Source: Longimicrobiales bacterium (GTDB lineage Bacteria > Gemmatimonadota > Gemmatimonadetes > Longimicrobiales > Gaopeijiaceae). From it: 64,000 nucleotides of DNA. The notes below the pieces were generated by a model. It saw only the letters and a program-made list of their open reading frames with translations. It was not told the origin of the DNA and ran no database searches. Both the position numbers and the translations under genes were made by a program. Positions 1-8,466 of the stretch are shown here, piece after piece (within the stretch, counting starts at the first letter, position 1; every line of letters starts with the position of its first letter). The DNA is taken from assembly GCA_965204735.1 (NCBI GenBank), contig OZ242008.1:224001-288000 (forward strand). The letters are read 5' to 3'.

Positions 1-1
1 G

Positions 2-457
2 GAGAAGGTCGGCGTCAGGGTCGGCGGCGCATTCGTCTCGAAGGGCGCCGAGGCCGACCTGGACGGAAACGTCACGGCGACCATGAAGATCAACTACGTC
101 GAGCTGTCGCCCTTGCTCGACGTTCGAGCGCCGATCGGCGAAGGCGGCGCCTCGCTGCACCTGCTCGCGGGACCCACGCTGTCCTTCAAGCGGTTCTGCG
201 AAGTCGAAGGCGGCCCTCCGGACGAAAGATTCAAGGGCCGCTGCGAGAACATCGATCTCGACGTTCGGACCGTGGACTTCGGCGCCACGGTGGGCGCGGG
301 AATCACGCTTCCCGTGATCCAAGATCCGGCTGCGGCGTTGTCGCTGGAAGCCCTGTACACGCTCGGGCTGACGGAGTTCGAGAACTTCGTCGCGGACAAC
401 CCCGCCAGGAGCCGGGCGCTCGTCGTTCAAGCCGGCTTGAGCTTCCCCGTCGGGTAG
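2..457 (+). CDS. Outer-membrane beta-barrel (porin/PorT-like) protein, 5' end outside window
   Basis: Frame open from base 2 (EKVGVRVGGAFVSKGA...MKINYVEL); alternating beta-strand pattern; ends VQAGLSFPVG. Confidence 0.65.
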   Translation, partial: EKVGVRVGGAFVSKGAEADLDGNVTATMKINYVELSPLLDVRAPIGEGGASLHLLAGPTLSFKRFCEVEGGPPDERFKGRCENIDLDVRTVDFGATVGAGITLPVIQDPAAALSLEALYTLGLTEFENFVADNPARSRALVVQAGLSFPVG

Positions 458-476
458 CCGCGAACGGAATCGCCTC

Positions 477-2819
477 GTGACCGTGCTCGCTCCCGTGGCC
501 CGCCCGGCGCTCGTGCTGGCCGTTTCCCTCGTCGCCCTCTGGCCTCCCGCGGCGTCGAACGCCCAGCAGGCGTCTGTTGCGGGTCGGGCAAGGGACCAAG
601 ACGGCGTGCCGGTCGCCGACGCCACGGTCCGCCTTCGTCTGGCGGCCGACTCGAGCGTCGCGCGGCTCACGGGAACGGACCGTCTGGGATTCTTCGTCTT
701 CCGCCGCGTGACCCCCGGCGACTACGTGCTGACCGTCGCCCGCATCGGCTTCGGGCCGCGAACCGAGGAAGTCGCGGTGTCGGCGGGCGCCGAGTCGCGC
801 GTCAACGTGGTGTTGTCCGTCCAGGCGGTGGAGCTGGAGGGGCTGGTGGTCGAGACCCGCCGGAGCCGGCGTCGGGAGTGGTTCGAAGAGTCCGCCGGCG
901 TCACGGTCGAGGAGCTGAACCGGGCCGAGATCAAGTCGATACCGGGCATCGCCGAAGCGGACCCGATGCGGGCCGTCGAAGTGCTTCCCGGCGTCGTCAC
1001 GGTGTCGGACTTCTCGGCGGCGTTCAACGTGCGCGGAGGCTCGGCCGACCAGAACCTCATCCTCCTCGACGGCGTTCCGATCATCAACCCCTTCCACCTG
1101 GCCGGGTTCTTCTCGGTGTTCAACGCGGACATGGTCGAGCGCGCCGAGCTTCAGTCCGGGGGCTTTCCGGCCGAGTACGGCGGCAGGGTGTCTTCGGTCC
1201 TGTCGGTCGAGACGGACCTGGGCGACGGCGAGTTCGGCGTCGATTCGGGGTGGAGCCTGCTGGCGGCCCGAGCGGCCGTCGGCGGCGACCTGCCGGCTGG
1301 CACGAAGGCGGCCGCCGGGCTCACCAGCGCGCGGTGGAAGGTGTCGGGACGGCGCAGCTACTTCGACCTCCTGCTGCCCGACATGCCCTACTACCTGATG
1401 GACTTCCAGGGCGCCTTCGAGGGATGGACGAACGGTGGCGACCGGTTCAAGCTCACGGCCTACTCGGGTCGGGACGTGCTGAACGTGCCCGGCAGCGACG
1501 AGGACTTCATGGGACTGGACTCCCGCTGGGGCAACGATGCCGTCGGCGGCTCGTGGACCCGCCCCATGGACGGCGGCGGCGCCTTGGACCTGCGCGCGTC
1601 GTTCTCACGGTTCCGAATGGACTTCGACTTCCTCGGGCAGTCCGACACCGACGCCGACAACGGCGTGACCGAGTCCGTGTTCGGGTTGAACCTGGAGCGC
1701 CGCCCGACTCCCCGCACGCGCTGGAAGTCGGGGTTGTCGACAAAGCGGACGACGGCGGACAACCTTACGAAGGCGAGCGGAGTGATCCTTCGCGCACAAC
1801 GCTTCGCCGGCTGGGAGTCCGCGGCGTACACGCAAATGCGATGGAACCCGAGCGCCCGCTGGCTGATCGAAGTCGGCGCGCGGGTGGACTACTGGGCGCC
1901 CAGCGAGGCCGACGGGATCGTTGCCGTGTCGCCCCGAGCCGCGGTGAAGCGCTTCGTCCGCGACGGAGATTGGGCCGTCCGCGTGGCCGGGGGCCGCTTC
2001 ACCCAGTTCCTGCACTCGCGCCGAGACGAGCGGCTGCCCTTCGGCATCGACGTCTGGATGTTGGCGAGCGAGGGCATCACCCACGTCGTTTCGGACCAGG
2101 TCCAGGCTGGCGTCGAGGGCTACTTCGGCGCAGACGACGAGTGGTCCGCGTTGCTGGAGGGCTACTACCGCACCTTCGACGGCGTGATCTCGCAGAACTT
2201 CGCCGACGACCCCAACGATCCGCTGGACGACATGACGCCCGGCGACGGCTTCTCGTACGGAGCGGACCTGATGCTGCGCAAGTCCGAGGGCGAGACCACG
2301 GGCTGGGTCTCGATCTCCGCCGTGAAGGCGATTCGGAGGTTCCCCGACACCTACGCCGGAGCCTTTCCGCCGCCGATAGTGGAGCATCCGCCGGTGTTCG
2401 ATCGGCGCCTCGAGGTGGACTTGGTGCTGCGGCGACCGCTGGGATGGGGCGTGGAGGGCGGTCTTCGCTGGAACTTCGGCACGGGCCTTCCGTACACCCT
2501 CTATCTGACTTCCTACGACTTGTACGACCAGCGAATGGCCGATCTGCTCGTGGAGCCGGGGTGCTGCCAGAAGGGCGTGCTTCTGGGACCGATCAACGGA
2601 GAACGCTACCCGGCCCGCCACAGGCTGGACGTCAGCCTTCGCAAGCCCATGGCCAAGCGGTGGGGCCGGATCGTTCCCTATCTGAGCGTGATCAACGTCT
2701 ACAACCGCGACAACATCCTCTTCTACGTCTTCGACTACAGCCGAGCGGGCTCCGTGGGCCGAAGGGGCATCTCCATGATCCCCATCCTGCCGACGGCGGG
2801 CGTGGAGGTGTCGTTTTGA
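477..2819 (+). CDS. TonB-dependent receptor with N-terminal carboxypeptidase-regulatory-like domain
   Basis: Signal peptide; plug motifs (NVRGGSADQNLILLDG, GGFPAEYGGRVSSV); C-terminal Phe. Confidence 0.9.
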   Translation: MTVLAPVARPALVLAVSLVALWPPAASNAQQASVAGRARDQDGVPVADATVRLRLAADSSVARLTGTDRLGFFVFRRVTPGDYVLTVARIGFGPRTEEVAVSAGAESRVNVVLSVQAVELEGLVVETRRSRRREWFEESAGVTVEELNRAEIKSIPGIAEADPMRAVEVLPGVVTVSDFSAAFNVRGGSADQNLILLDGVPIINPFHLAGFFSVFNADMVERAELQSGGFPAEYGGRVSSVLSVETDLGDGEFGVDSGWSLLAARAAVGGDLPAGTKAAAGLTSARWKVSGRRSYFDLLLPDMPYYLMDFQGAFEGWTNGGDRFKLTAYSGRDVLNVPGSDEDFMGLDSRWGNDAVGGSWTRPMDGGGALDLRASFSRFRMDFDFLGQSDTDADNGVTESVFGLNLERRPTPRTRWKSGLSTKRTTADNLTKASGVILRAQRFAGWESAAYTQMRWNPSARWLIEVGARVDYWAPSEADGIVAVSPRAAVKRFVRDGDWAVRVAGGRFTQFLHSRRDERLPFGIDVWMLASEGITHVVSDQVQAGVEGYFGADDEWSALLEGYYRTFDGVISQNFADDPNDPLDDMTPGDGFSYGADLMLRKSEGETTGWVSISAVKAIRRFPDTYAGAFPPPIVEHPPVFDRRLEVDLVLRRPLGWGVEGGLRWNFGTGLPYTLYLTSYDLYDQRMADLLVEPGCCQKGVLLGPINGERYPARHRLDVSLRKPMAKRWGRIVPYLSVINVYNRDNILFYVFDYSRAGSVGRRGISMIPILPTAGVEVSF

Positions 2820-3835
2820 GCCGGGCGGCCGGGCGCTTCGTCGCCGCGACGACGGTCGGCGCGTCGCTGATCTTGACCGGCTGCGACCCGACGGGCACGG
2901 AGGTCGCGCCGGAGGATGTGGTCGTAGCGGGCGTGTGGGTCGTAGTCACCATCGATCCCGACGACGCGGCCCGGACGGAGCTGCTCGCCACGGGCTGGCT
3001 CGACTGGACCCGCACGGGACGCGCGACGAGCGAAGTCTCCGGCGCCACGCTCCGCATCGCAGGCGAATCGGGCGCGTCGGTGGACCTGGTGGAGCAGCCG
3101 AACCAGGAGTCGTGCTTCAAGCTGGAACCGCTCCCGACCGGACACCATCCGCCCGTCTTCGGAACGTGCTACTTGGCGACCGCCTCGCCTTCGCCGTTCG
3201 CGCCGGGCGAGGGACTCTCGCTGACGATCGGGTCGCCGGAAGGCGGCACGGCGACGGGAATCAGCCGCTTGCCGGAGACCTTCGCCCCGTCCGGCGGCCT
3301 GGCGAGCGGGAACGGTCGCTGCCTGACGGAGCCCGATCAGAACCACCGCTTCTCGTGGAGCGCGGCGGAAGGGGCTTGGGCGTACCTCGGCGGCGCCCTG
3401 GTGGAAGGACTCGACCCGGCGCTGTGGCCGGGGGACGCGTCGCGCTACGCCGGCGAAGCCCTGCACCTGACGGGGTTGCCCTTTCGCCGCGACTCCACTG
3501 AAATGGTCTTCCCCCGGAACCTGGCGACCCTGACCGGCACCCAGCCCGTCGGCGTCGAGCTGAGCCGCGTCCTTCACGCGGGTCTCCCCGGCGGCGCGAC
3601 GGCCCAGGTGGCCGTGGGCGCGATCGACCGCAACTGGTACAATTGGATACGGCTGCCGACGTTCGAGACGGTCTTCGTGAACTCGGCCTTCGACACCGGC
3701 GAGATTCGCGTCCCCTCCATCTTCGGCCACGGCGTCGGCGTCTTCGGCGCCAGCGTGCGATGGACGGCCGAGGTGGAGTCCCGGGCGCGAACCGGCGCCG
3801 GCGACCCGCCACCGTGCGGACCCGTCGTGGGATAG
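2816..3835 (+). CDS. Lipoprotein partner of the TonB receptor (DUF4249-like)
   Basis: TTG at 2816 overlaps upstream stop; lipobox LILTGC; C-terminal GxGVFG; real 3' part of ORF 878..3835. Confidence 0.6.
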   Translation: MSRAAGRFVAATTVGASLILTGCDPTGTEVAPEDVVVAGVWVVVTIDPDDAARTELLATGWLDWTRTGRATSEVSGATLRIAGESGASVDLVEQPNQESCFKLEPLPTGHHPPVFGTCYLATASPSPFAPGEGLSLTIGSPEGGTATGISRLPETFAPSGGLASGNGRCLTEPDQNHRFSWSAAEGAWAYLGGALVEGLDPALWPGDASRYAGEALHLTGLPFRRDSTEMVFPRNLATLTGTQPVGVELSRVLHAGLPGGATAQVAVGAIDRNWYNWIRLPTFETVFVNSAFDTGEIRVPSIFGHGVGVFGASVRWTAEVESRARTGAGDPPPCGPVVG

Positions 3836-3884
3836 GGCTCCCCAACCGGCGTTCTACGGCGACAAGCGGATCACGGCGGAGTTC

Positions 3885-4922
3885 TTGGCCACGAAAGTCC
3901 TGGGCAAGGTCATCCCCGAAGAGATCGCTGCCCGTCTCGACCTGGACGGACTCTCGAAGGGACAGACGGAGTACGTGGACATGGAGTTCAGGAAGGTTCG
4001 CCACGCGGACTTGGTTTGGCGGGCGCCGTTTCGCGACTCGTGGCTGTACGTGGTGTTCCTGTTCGAGGCGCAGTCCACGCCGGACTGGCGGATGCCGGCA
4101 CGGATCTTGCTGGAGACGGCGTTGATCTACGACGATCTTCTGGCGCGGGACCCGGAGGTACAGAAGCGGCGCAAGCTGCCGCCGGTGCTGCCGATCGTGG
4201 TGTATGTGGGCGAGCAGCCGTGGCCCGGGGCGACACGGATGGAGGACCTGCTGGCGGGCGACGCGAGGGGGTTCCTGCCGTTCGCGTTGGGTCAGGAGTT
4301 CATGCTGGTATGGGAGATGGACGAGGCGAAGGCGCTGGCGTCGGCGGACACGCCGTGGGCGGCGGGGTTGAGGTTGCGCTACACGCGGGATCGTGCCGAG
4401 TTTGGGGAGGCGTACGCGAAGTTGCGGGAGCTGTTGCCGGAGGACGGTGCGGCGAGCCGTGCGCTGGCGACATGGGTTCGGAGCGCATTGATCGACGACG
4501 GAGCAAAGGAGGAGGAAGTGAAGCGTCTGCAGAAGTTGGGCGACCTGGAGCCGGTCGTACACACGTTCTGGGGAGCCGAGCGCTTGGCGGAGCGTCGGAA
4601 GGGCCGAGCGGAGGGTCGCAAGGAGGGTCGCAAGGAGGGTCGCAAGGAGGGTCGCAAGGAGGGTCGCCGGGAGGGTCGCCGAGAGGCGGCGCGGGCGCGA
4701 CGCGAACAGCGGGTCACGCTGGTGCGCCTAGCCGGGCGGAAGTTCGGTTCGGAGACGGCGGACGGGCTGGCGTCGCTGCTGGAGGGTGTTTCGGACCCGG
4801 AGCGGGTCGCCGAGATCGCGGACCTGATCATCGACTGCACGAGCGGCCGCGACTTCTTGGCGCAGGCGGCGAGGCGCGGGCAGTCGGAAGACGGCTCCAC
4901 GCCCAGCGTCATCAAGCCGTAG
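3885..4922 (+). CDS. Rpn family recombination-promoting nuclease / putative transposase (PD-(D/E)xK); start uncertain, possibly 5'-eroded
   Basis: ADLVWR, YVVFLFEAQSTPDWRMPAR, LPPVLPIVVYVG motifs; GRKE repeats; C-terminal RLAGRKFG. Confidence 0.85.
   Translation: MATKVLGKVIPEEIAARLDLDGLSKGQTEYVDMEFRKVRHADLVWRAPFRDSWLYVVFLFEAQSTPDWRMPARILLETALIYDDLLARDPEVQKRRKLPPVLPIVVYVGEQPWPGATRMEDLLAGDARGFLPFALGQEFMLVWEMDEAKALASADTPWAAGLRLRYTRDRAEFGEAYAKLRELLPEDGAASRALATWVRSALIDDGAKEEEVKRLQKLGDLEPVVHTFWGAERLAERRKGRAEGRKEGRKEGRKEGRKEGRREGRREAARARREQRVTLVRLAGRKFGSETADGLASLLEGVSDPERVAEIADLIIDCTSGRDFLAQAARRGQSEDGSTPSVIKP
4611..4685 (+). repeat. 12-bp in-frame tandem repeat (EGRK/EGRR) in Rpn
   Basis: GAGGGTCGCAAG x4, then GAGGGTCGCCGG and GAGGGTCGCCGA. 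Confidence 0.95.
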
Positions 4923-5089
4923 CGGATTGGCTCGCGAGTCGTCTCGCTCGGTAAAGAGGCGCTGCGGTCCAGAGGACTCCGGCTGACCCGCACTTGCCCC
5001 GCTCCCCCGCCGCAGGAACCTCGCGCAGTTCTGCCCGCAAGACTTTGAGAAGCGCCCGTAGTAGAACGACAGAGACGGACGGAGCTTCG

Positions 5090-6403
5090 GTGGCAAGAAC
5101 AAGGCACGGCAGGCTCTTTCACCGCACGTTGGCGCCGCTGTTCTTGCTGACCTGCTGTCCCCCGACGGCCTTGTTGGTGTGGGAGATCAACGTAGAACAC
5201 GGAGGATCGCTGGCGTCCTTTGTGGAACAGGTCCTCGCCGTCGGCTTCTTTAGTGAACTGGTGTCGATATGGAGGCCGGTGTTCTGGGGCACGGCGGCTG
5301 GCTGGAAGATCATTGGCGTGTTTGCCGCGGTGCAGTTGCTGCTGATGCGCTTGGTGCCGGGGCAATCGTTCAGCGGGCCGACCACGCCGAAGGGTCATGT
5401 GCCGGTGTACCGCGCCAACGGCGTGGCGTGCTTCTTGATTTCGTTGGGCTTGTTCGTCCTGGGCGGCTTTGTGTTCGACTGGTTCGCTCCGACCATCGTC
5501 TACGACAACTTCGCCGGCATCATCGGCGCCTTGAACATCTCCGGCTTGGCGTTCTGCTTGCTGCTGTACTTCAAGGGCCGGTTCTTCCCGTCTGGGCCGG
5601 ACGGAGGACTGAGCGGCAACTTCATCTCCGACTATTTCTGGGGAACGGAGCTGTACCCGCGCATATTGGGCTGGGACGTCAAGATGTTCACCAACTGCCG
5701 CTTCGGCTTGATGGGGTGGGCGATCATCGTGTTGTCGTTTGCGGCGAAGCAGGCCGAGCTGGGCGGCCTGAGCGATTCGATGGTGGTGGCCCTGGTCGTC
5801 ATGATGGCCTACCTGCTGAAGTTCTTCATCTGGGAAACCGGCTACCTCTGCTCAATCGACATCATGCACGACCGAGCCGGATTCATGATCTGCTGGGGCT
5901 GCTTGGTATGGGTGCCGGCGGTCTATACGTCGCCGATACTGTACCTGGTGCATCACCCGCATCATCTGGGCATGGCGTGGTCGGCGGTGATCGCGGTCGC
6001 GGGCGTGGCTGCGGTGACGATCAACTACCTTGCCGACCGGCAACGTCAGGTCGTCCGAGCAACGGGCGGCGAGTGCACGATCTGGGGCAAGAAGCCGCGA
6101 CTTGTCGTCGCCAAGTATCGCACCGAAGACGGCAAGAAGAAGGAGGCCGTCTTGCTGGCGTCTGGTTGGTGGGGAGTGGCGCGCCACTTTCATTACGTGC
6201 CGGAGATCGCGGCGGCCTTCCTTTGGACGACGCCGGCCCTGTTCTCGCACTTCTTGCCTTGGTTCTACGTGATCTGCTTGACGACCTTTCTGGTACATCG
6301 CGCCGGACGCGACGAGAAGCGCTGCCGGCAGAAGTACGGCGCGTACTGGGACGAGTATTGCCGCCTCGTCCCCGCCCGCATCCTTCCCGGACTGAAGCGC
6401 TAG
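5090..6403 (+). CDS. 7-dehydrocholesterol (sterol delta-7) reductase-like, ERG4/ERG24/DHCR7 family
   Basis: Multi-TM; DYFWGTELYPR, DVKMFTNCRFG, DIMHDRAGF, LLASGWWGVARHFHY, HRAGRDEKRCRQKYG; GTG at 5090 with GGAG at 5081. Confidence 0.9.
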   Translation: MARTRHGRLFHRTLAPLFLLTCCPPTALLVWEINVEHGGSLASFVEQVLAVGFFSELVSIWRPVFWGTAAGWKIIGVFAAVQLLLMRLVPGQSFSGPTTPKGHVPVYRANGVACFLISLGLFVLGGFVFDWFAPTIVYDNFAGIIGALNISGLAFCLLLYFKGRFFPSGPDGGLSGNFISDYFWGTELYPRILGWDVKMFTNCRFGLMGWAIIVLSFAAKQAELGGLSDSMVVALVVMMAYLLKFFIWETGYLCSIDIMHDRAGFMICWGCLVWVPAVYTSPILYLVHHPHHLGMAWSAVIAVAGVAAVTINYLADRQRQVVRATGGECTIWGKKPRLVVAKYRTEDGKKKEAVLLASGWWGVARHFHYVPEIAAAFLWTTPALFSHFLPWFYVICLTTFLVHRAGRDEKRCRQKYGAYWDEYCRLVPARILPGLKR

Positions 6404-6515
6404 CCCGAAGTTCCGCAGGAATTCGCCAGTTCTAGCGTCACAAGTCGTTGCAGTTGAAGGACTTGCGGGCTTTCTGCCTGCGTCATATGTACCCATGTAA
6501 TGATCTTGATTGGAG

Positions 6516-6544
6516 TTGACATGATTTCGTTCCGACGCTACGTT
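6516..6544 (+). promoter_or_regulatory. Sigma70-type promoter for the transposase, probably leaderless
   Basis: TTGACA-N17-TACGTT; ATG 6552 lies 7 nt after the -10. Confidence 0.6.
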
Positions 6545-6551
6545 CATGTCC

Positions 6552-8276
6552 ATGTACATCGAACGCGTGCCCAACCGGACCTCGCCGCCCGCCGTCTTGC
6601 TGCGGCGCTCCTACCGCGAAGGCGGCAAGGTGCGCAAGCAGACGCTGGCCAACCTTTCCCGCTGGCCCGACGAACTCGTCGAGGGGCTCCGCGTCCTGCT
6701 CAAGGGCGGCGTCGCGCTGCCGTCGATCGACGACGCCTTCCGCATCGAGCGCTCGCGTCCCCACGGCCACGTCGCAGCCGTCGTCGGCACCGCCCGCAAG
6801 CTGGGCTTCGAGCGGCTGCTGGACCGCAAGCCCTCGAGGAACCGGTCGCTGGCCGCCGCCATGGCGCTGGCGCGCATCCTGGACCCCGGCTCGAAGCTGG
6901 CGACGGCTCGGGGCTTGGGCCGCGAGACGCTGACCAGCACGCTGGCCGAGGAGTTGGATGTCGAGGACGCGGACGCCGACGAGCTGTACCGGGCGATGGA
7001 CTGGCTGCTGGCAAGGCAGGAGGGGATCGAGCGCGGACTGGCACGGAGGCACCTGCAGGACGGCTCGCTGGTGCTGTGCGACGTGACATCGTCGTACTTC
7101 GAGGGCCGTCGCTGTCCGCTGGCGAAGCGAGGGTATTCGCGCGACGGCAAGCGGGGCTCGCTGCAGATCGTCTTCGCGCTGCTGTGCGCGGTCGACGGCT
7201 GTCCGGTGGCGGTCGAGGTGTTCGAGGGGAACACGGCGGACCCGGGCGTGCTGGGCAGTCAGCTGAAGAAGCTGTGCGGTCGCTTCGGACTGACGAAGGT
7301 CGTGGTGGTGGGCGACCGCGGACTGCTGACGAGCGCCCGCATCCGAGAAGAGGTCAAGCCGGCCGGGCTGGACTGGATCACGGCGTTGCGAGCGCCCGAG
7401 GTGCAGAAGCTGGCAGCCGAGGGCTGCTTGCAGATGTCGCTGTTCGACGAGCAGGACCTGGCGGAGATCGAAGCGCCGGCGCTGTATCCGGGCGAGCGGC
7501 TGGTGGTGTGCAGGAACCCGTTGCTGGCCGAGGAGCGAGCGCGCAAGCGCAAGGAGCTGCTGGCCGACACGGAGGCGAAGCTCGCGCAGGTGGCGCAAGC
7601 CGTGCGGCGGGAGCGGCGGCCGCTGCGCGGCGAGGCGCAGATCGCCGTGCGGGCGGACCGCGCGCTGCGGTCGCGCAAGGTGGGCAAGCACTTCGAGGTG
7701 CGCGTGACGCACGACTCGTTCTCGTATGCCCGCAACGAAGCGCGGATCGCCCGGGAAGCAGCGCTGGACGGCGTGTACGTGCTGCGCACCAACGTGGCGA
7801 AGCGGAAGCTGGGCGCCGCCGACGCCGTGCGCGCCTACAAGGGCCTGGGGCGGATCGAGCGGGCGTTCCGCAGCTTCAAGACGGTGGACTTGAAGGTGCG
7901 ACCCGTCCACCACCGGCTCGCCGACCGCGTGCGCGCCCACGTGTTCCTGTGCATGCTCGCCTACTACGTCGAGTGGCACATGCGCCGCGCGCTGGCTCCC
8001 ATGCTCTTCGACGACCACGAAGCGGCGACCGCCGCCGAGGCGCGACCGTCTCCGGTGGCACTCGCGCGGTCGTCGCCCGCGGCCCGGGCCAAGGCCAGCG
8101 GTCGGAAGCGCACCTCCGACGGCTTGCCCGTCCACAGCTTCCAGACCCTGCTCAAGGACTTGGGCACGCTGGCCCGCAACCGCGTCCAGCCCAAGGGAGC
8201 CGTGGCCGTGGACGTGCTCACCGTTCCCACGCCGGTCCAGGACCGCGCCTTCCGCCTCCTCGGCGTCAAGCCATGA
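6552..8276 (+). CDS. IS1634 family DDE transposase
   Basis: MYIERVPNR..PPAVLLRRSYREGGKV; CDVTSSYFEG, VGDRG, IERAFRSFKT, VRAHVFLCMLAYY. Confidence 0.92.
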   Translation: MYIERVPNRTSPPAVLLRRSYREGGKVRKQTLANLSRWPDELVEGLRVLLKGGVALPSIDDAFRIERSRPHGHVAAVVGTARKLGFERLLDRKPSRNRSLAAAMALARILDPGSKLATARGLGRETLTSTLAEELDVEDADADELYRAMDWLLARQEGIERGLARRHLQDGSLVLCDVTSSYFEGRRCPLAKRGYSRDGKRGSLQIVFALLCAVDGCPVAVEVFEGNTADPGVLGSQLKKLCGRFGLTKVVVVGDRGLLTSARIREEVKPAGLDWITALRAPEVQKLAAEGCLQMSLFDEQDLAEIEAPALYPGERLVVCRNPLLAEERARKRKELLADTEAKLAQVAQAVRRERRPLRGEAQIAVRADRALRSRKVGKHFEVRVTHDSFSYARNEARIAREAALDGVYVLRTNVAKRKLGAADAVRAYKGLGRIERAFRSFKTVDLKVRPVHHRLADRVRAHVFLCMLAYYVEWHMRRALAPMLFDDHEAATAAEARPSPVALARSSPAARAKASGRKRTSDGLPVHSFQTLLKDLGTLARNRVQPKGAVAVDVLTVPTPVQDRAFRLLGVKP

Positions 8277-8432
8277 GCCGACGTACCCAGTAGCGTACAA
8301 CCGCCAGCATGATCTATCTCGCTACCACGCAACGACTTACGGCGTTATCGATTCCAGAACTTCGGGCTAGCCCGAAGCGGGCCGTCCCGTCGGCCGTTCG
8401 CCGGCACGCCTCACTCGTCCGAGTGGTCGACC

Positions 8433-8461
8433 TTGAGGGTCGCGTGTCGTCGTGTTATCAT
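8433..8461 (+). promoter_or_regulatory. Candidate promoter of the defence island
   Basis: TTGAGG-N17-TATCAT with TGn extension; ATG at 8467. Confidence 0.5.
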
Positions 8462-8466
8462 TTGAT

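Larger units (their letters stand above)
6404..8366 (+). mobile_element. IS1634-family insertion sequence
   Basis: Terminal IR CCCGAAGTTC (6404-6413) / GAACTTCGGG (8357-8366); CTAG on both flanks (6400-6403, 8367-8370); subterminal IR AAGTCGTTGC (6442-6451) / GCAACGACTT (8329-8338). Confidence 0.85.

Noticed and set aside
878..2815. 5' part of the 985-aa ORF 878..3835
   Set aside because: Arg/Gly-rich off-frame overlap of the TonB receptor; only 2816..3835 looks real
8309..8466. Listed ATG start of the 1277-aa helicase ORF
   Set aside because: Lies within the IS1634 right end and upstream of the likely promoter
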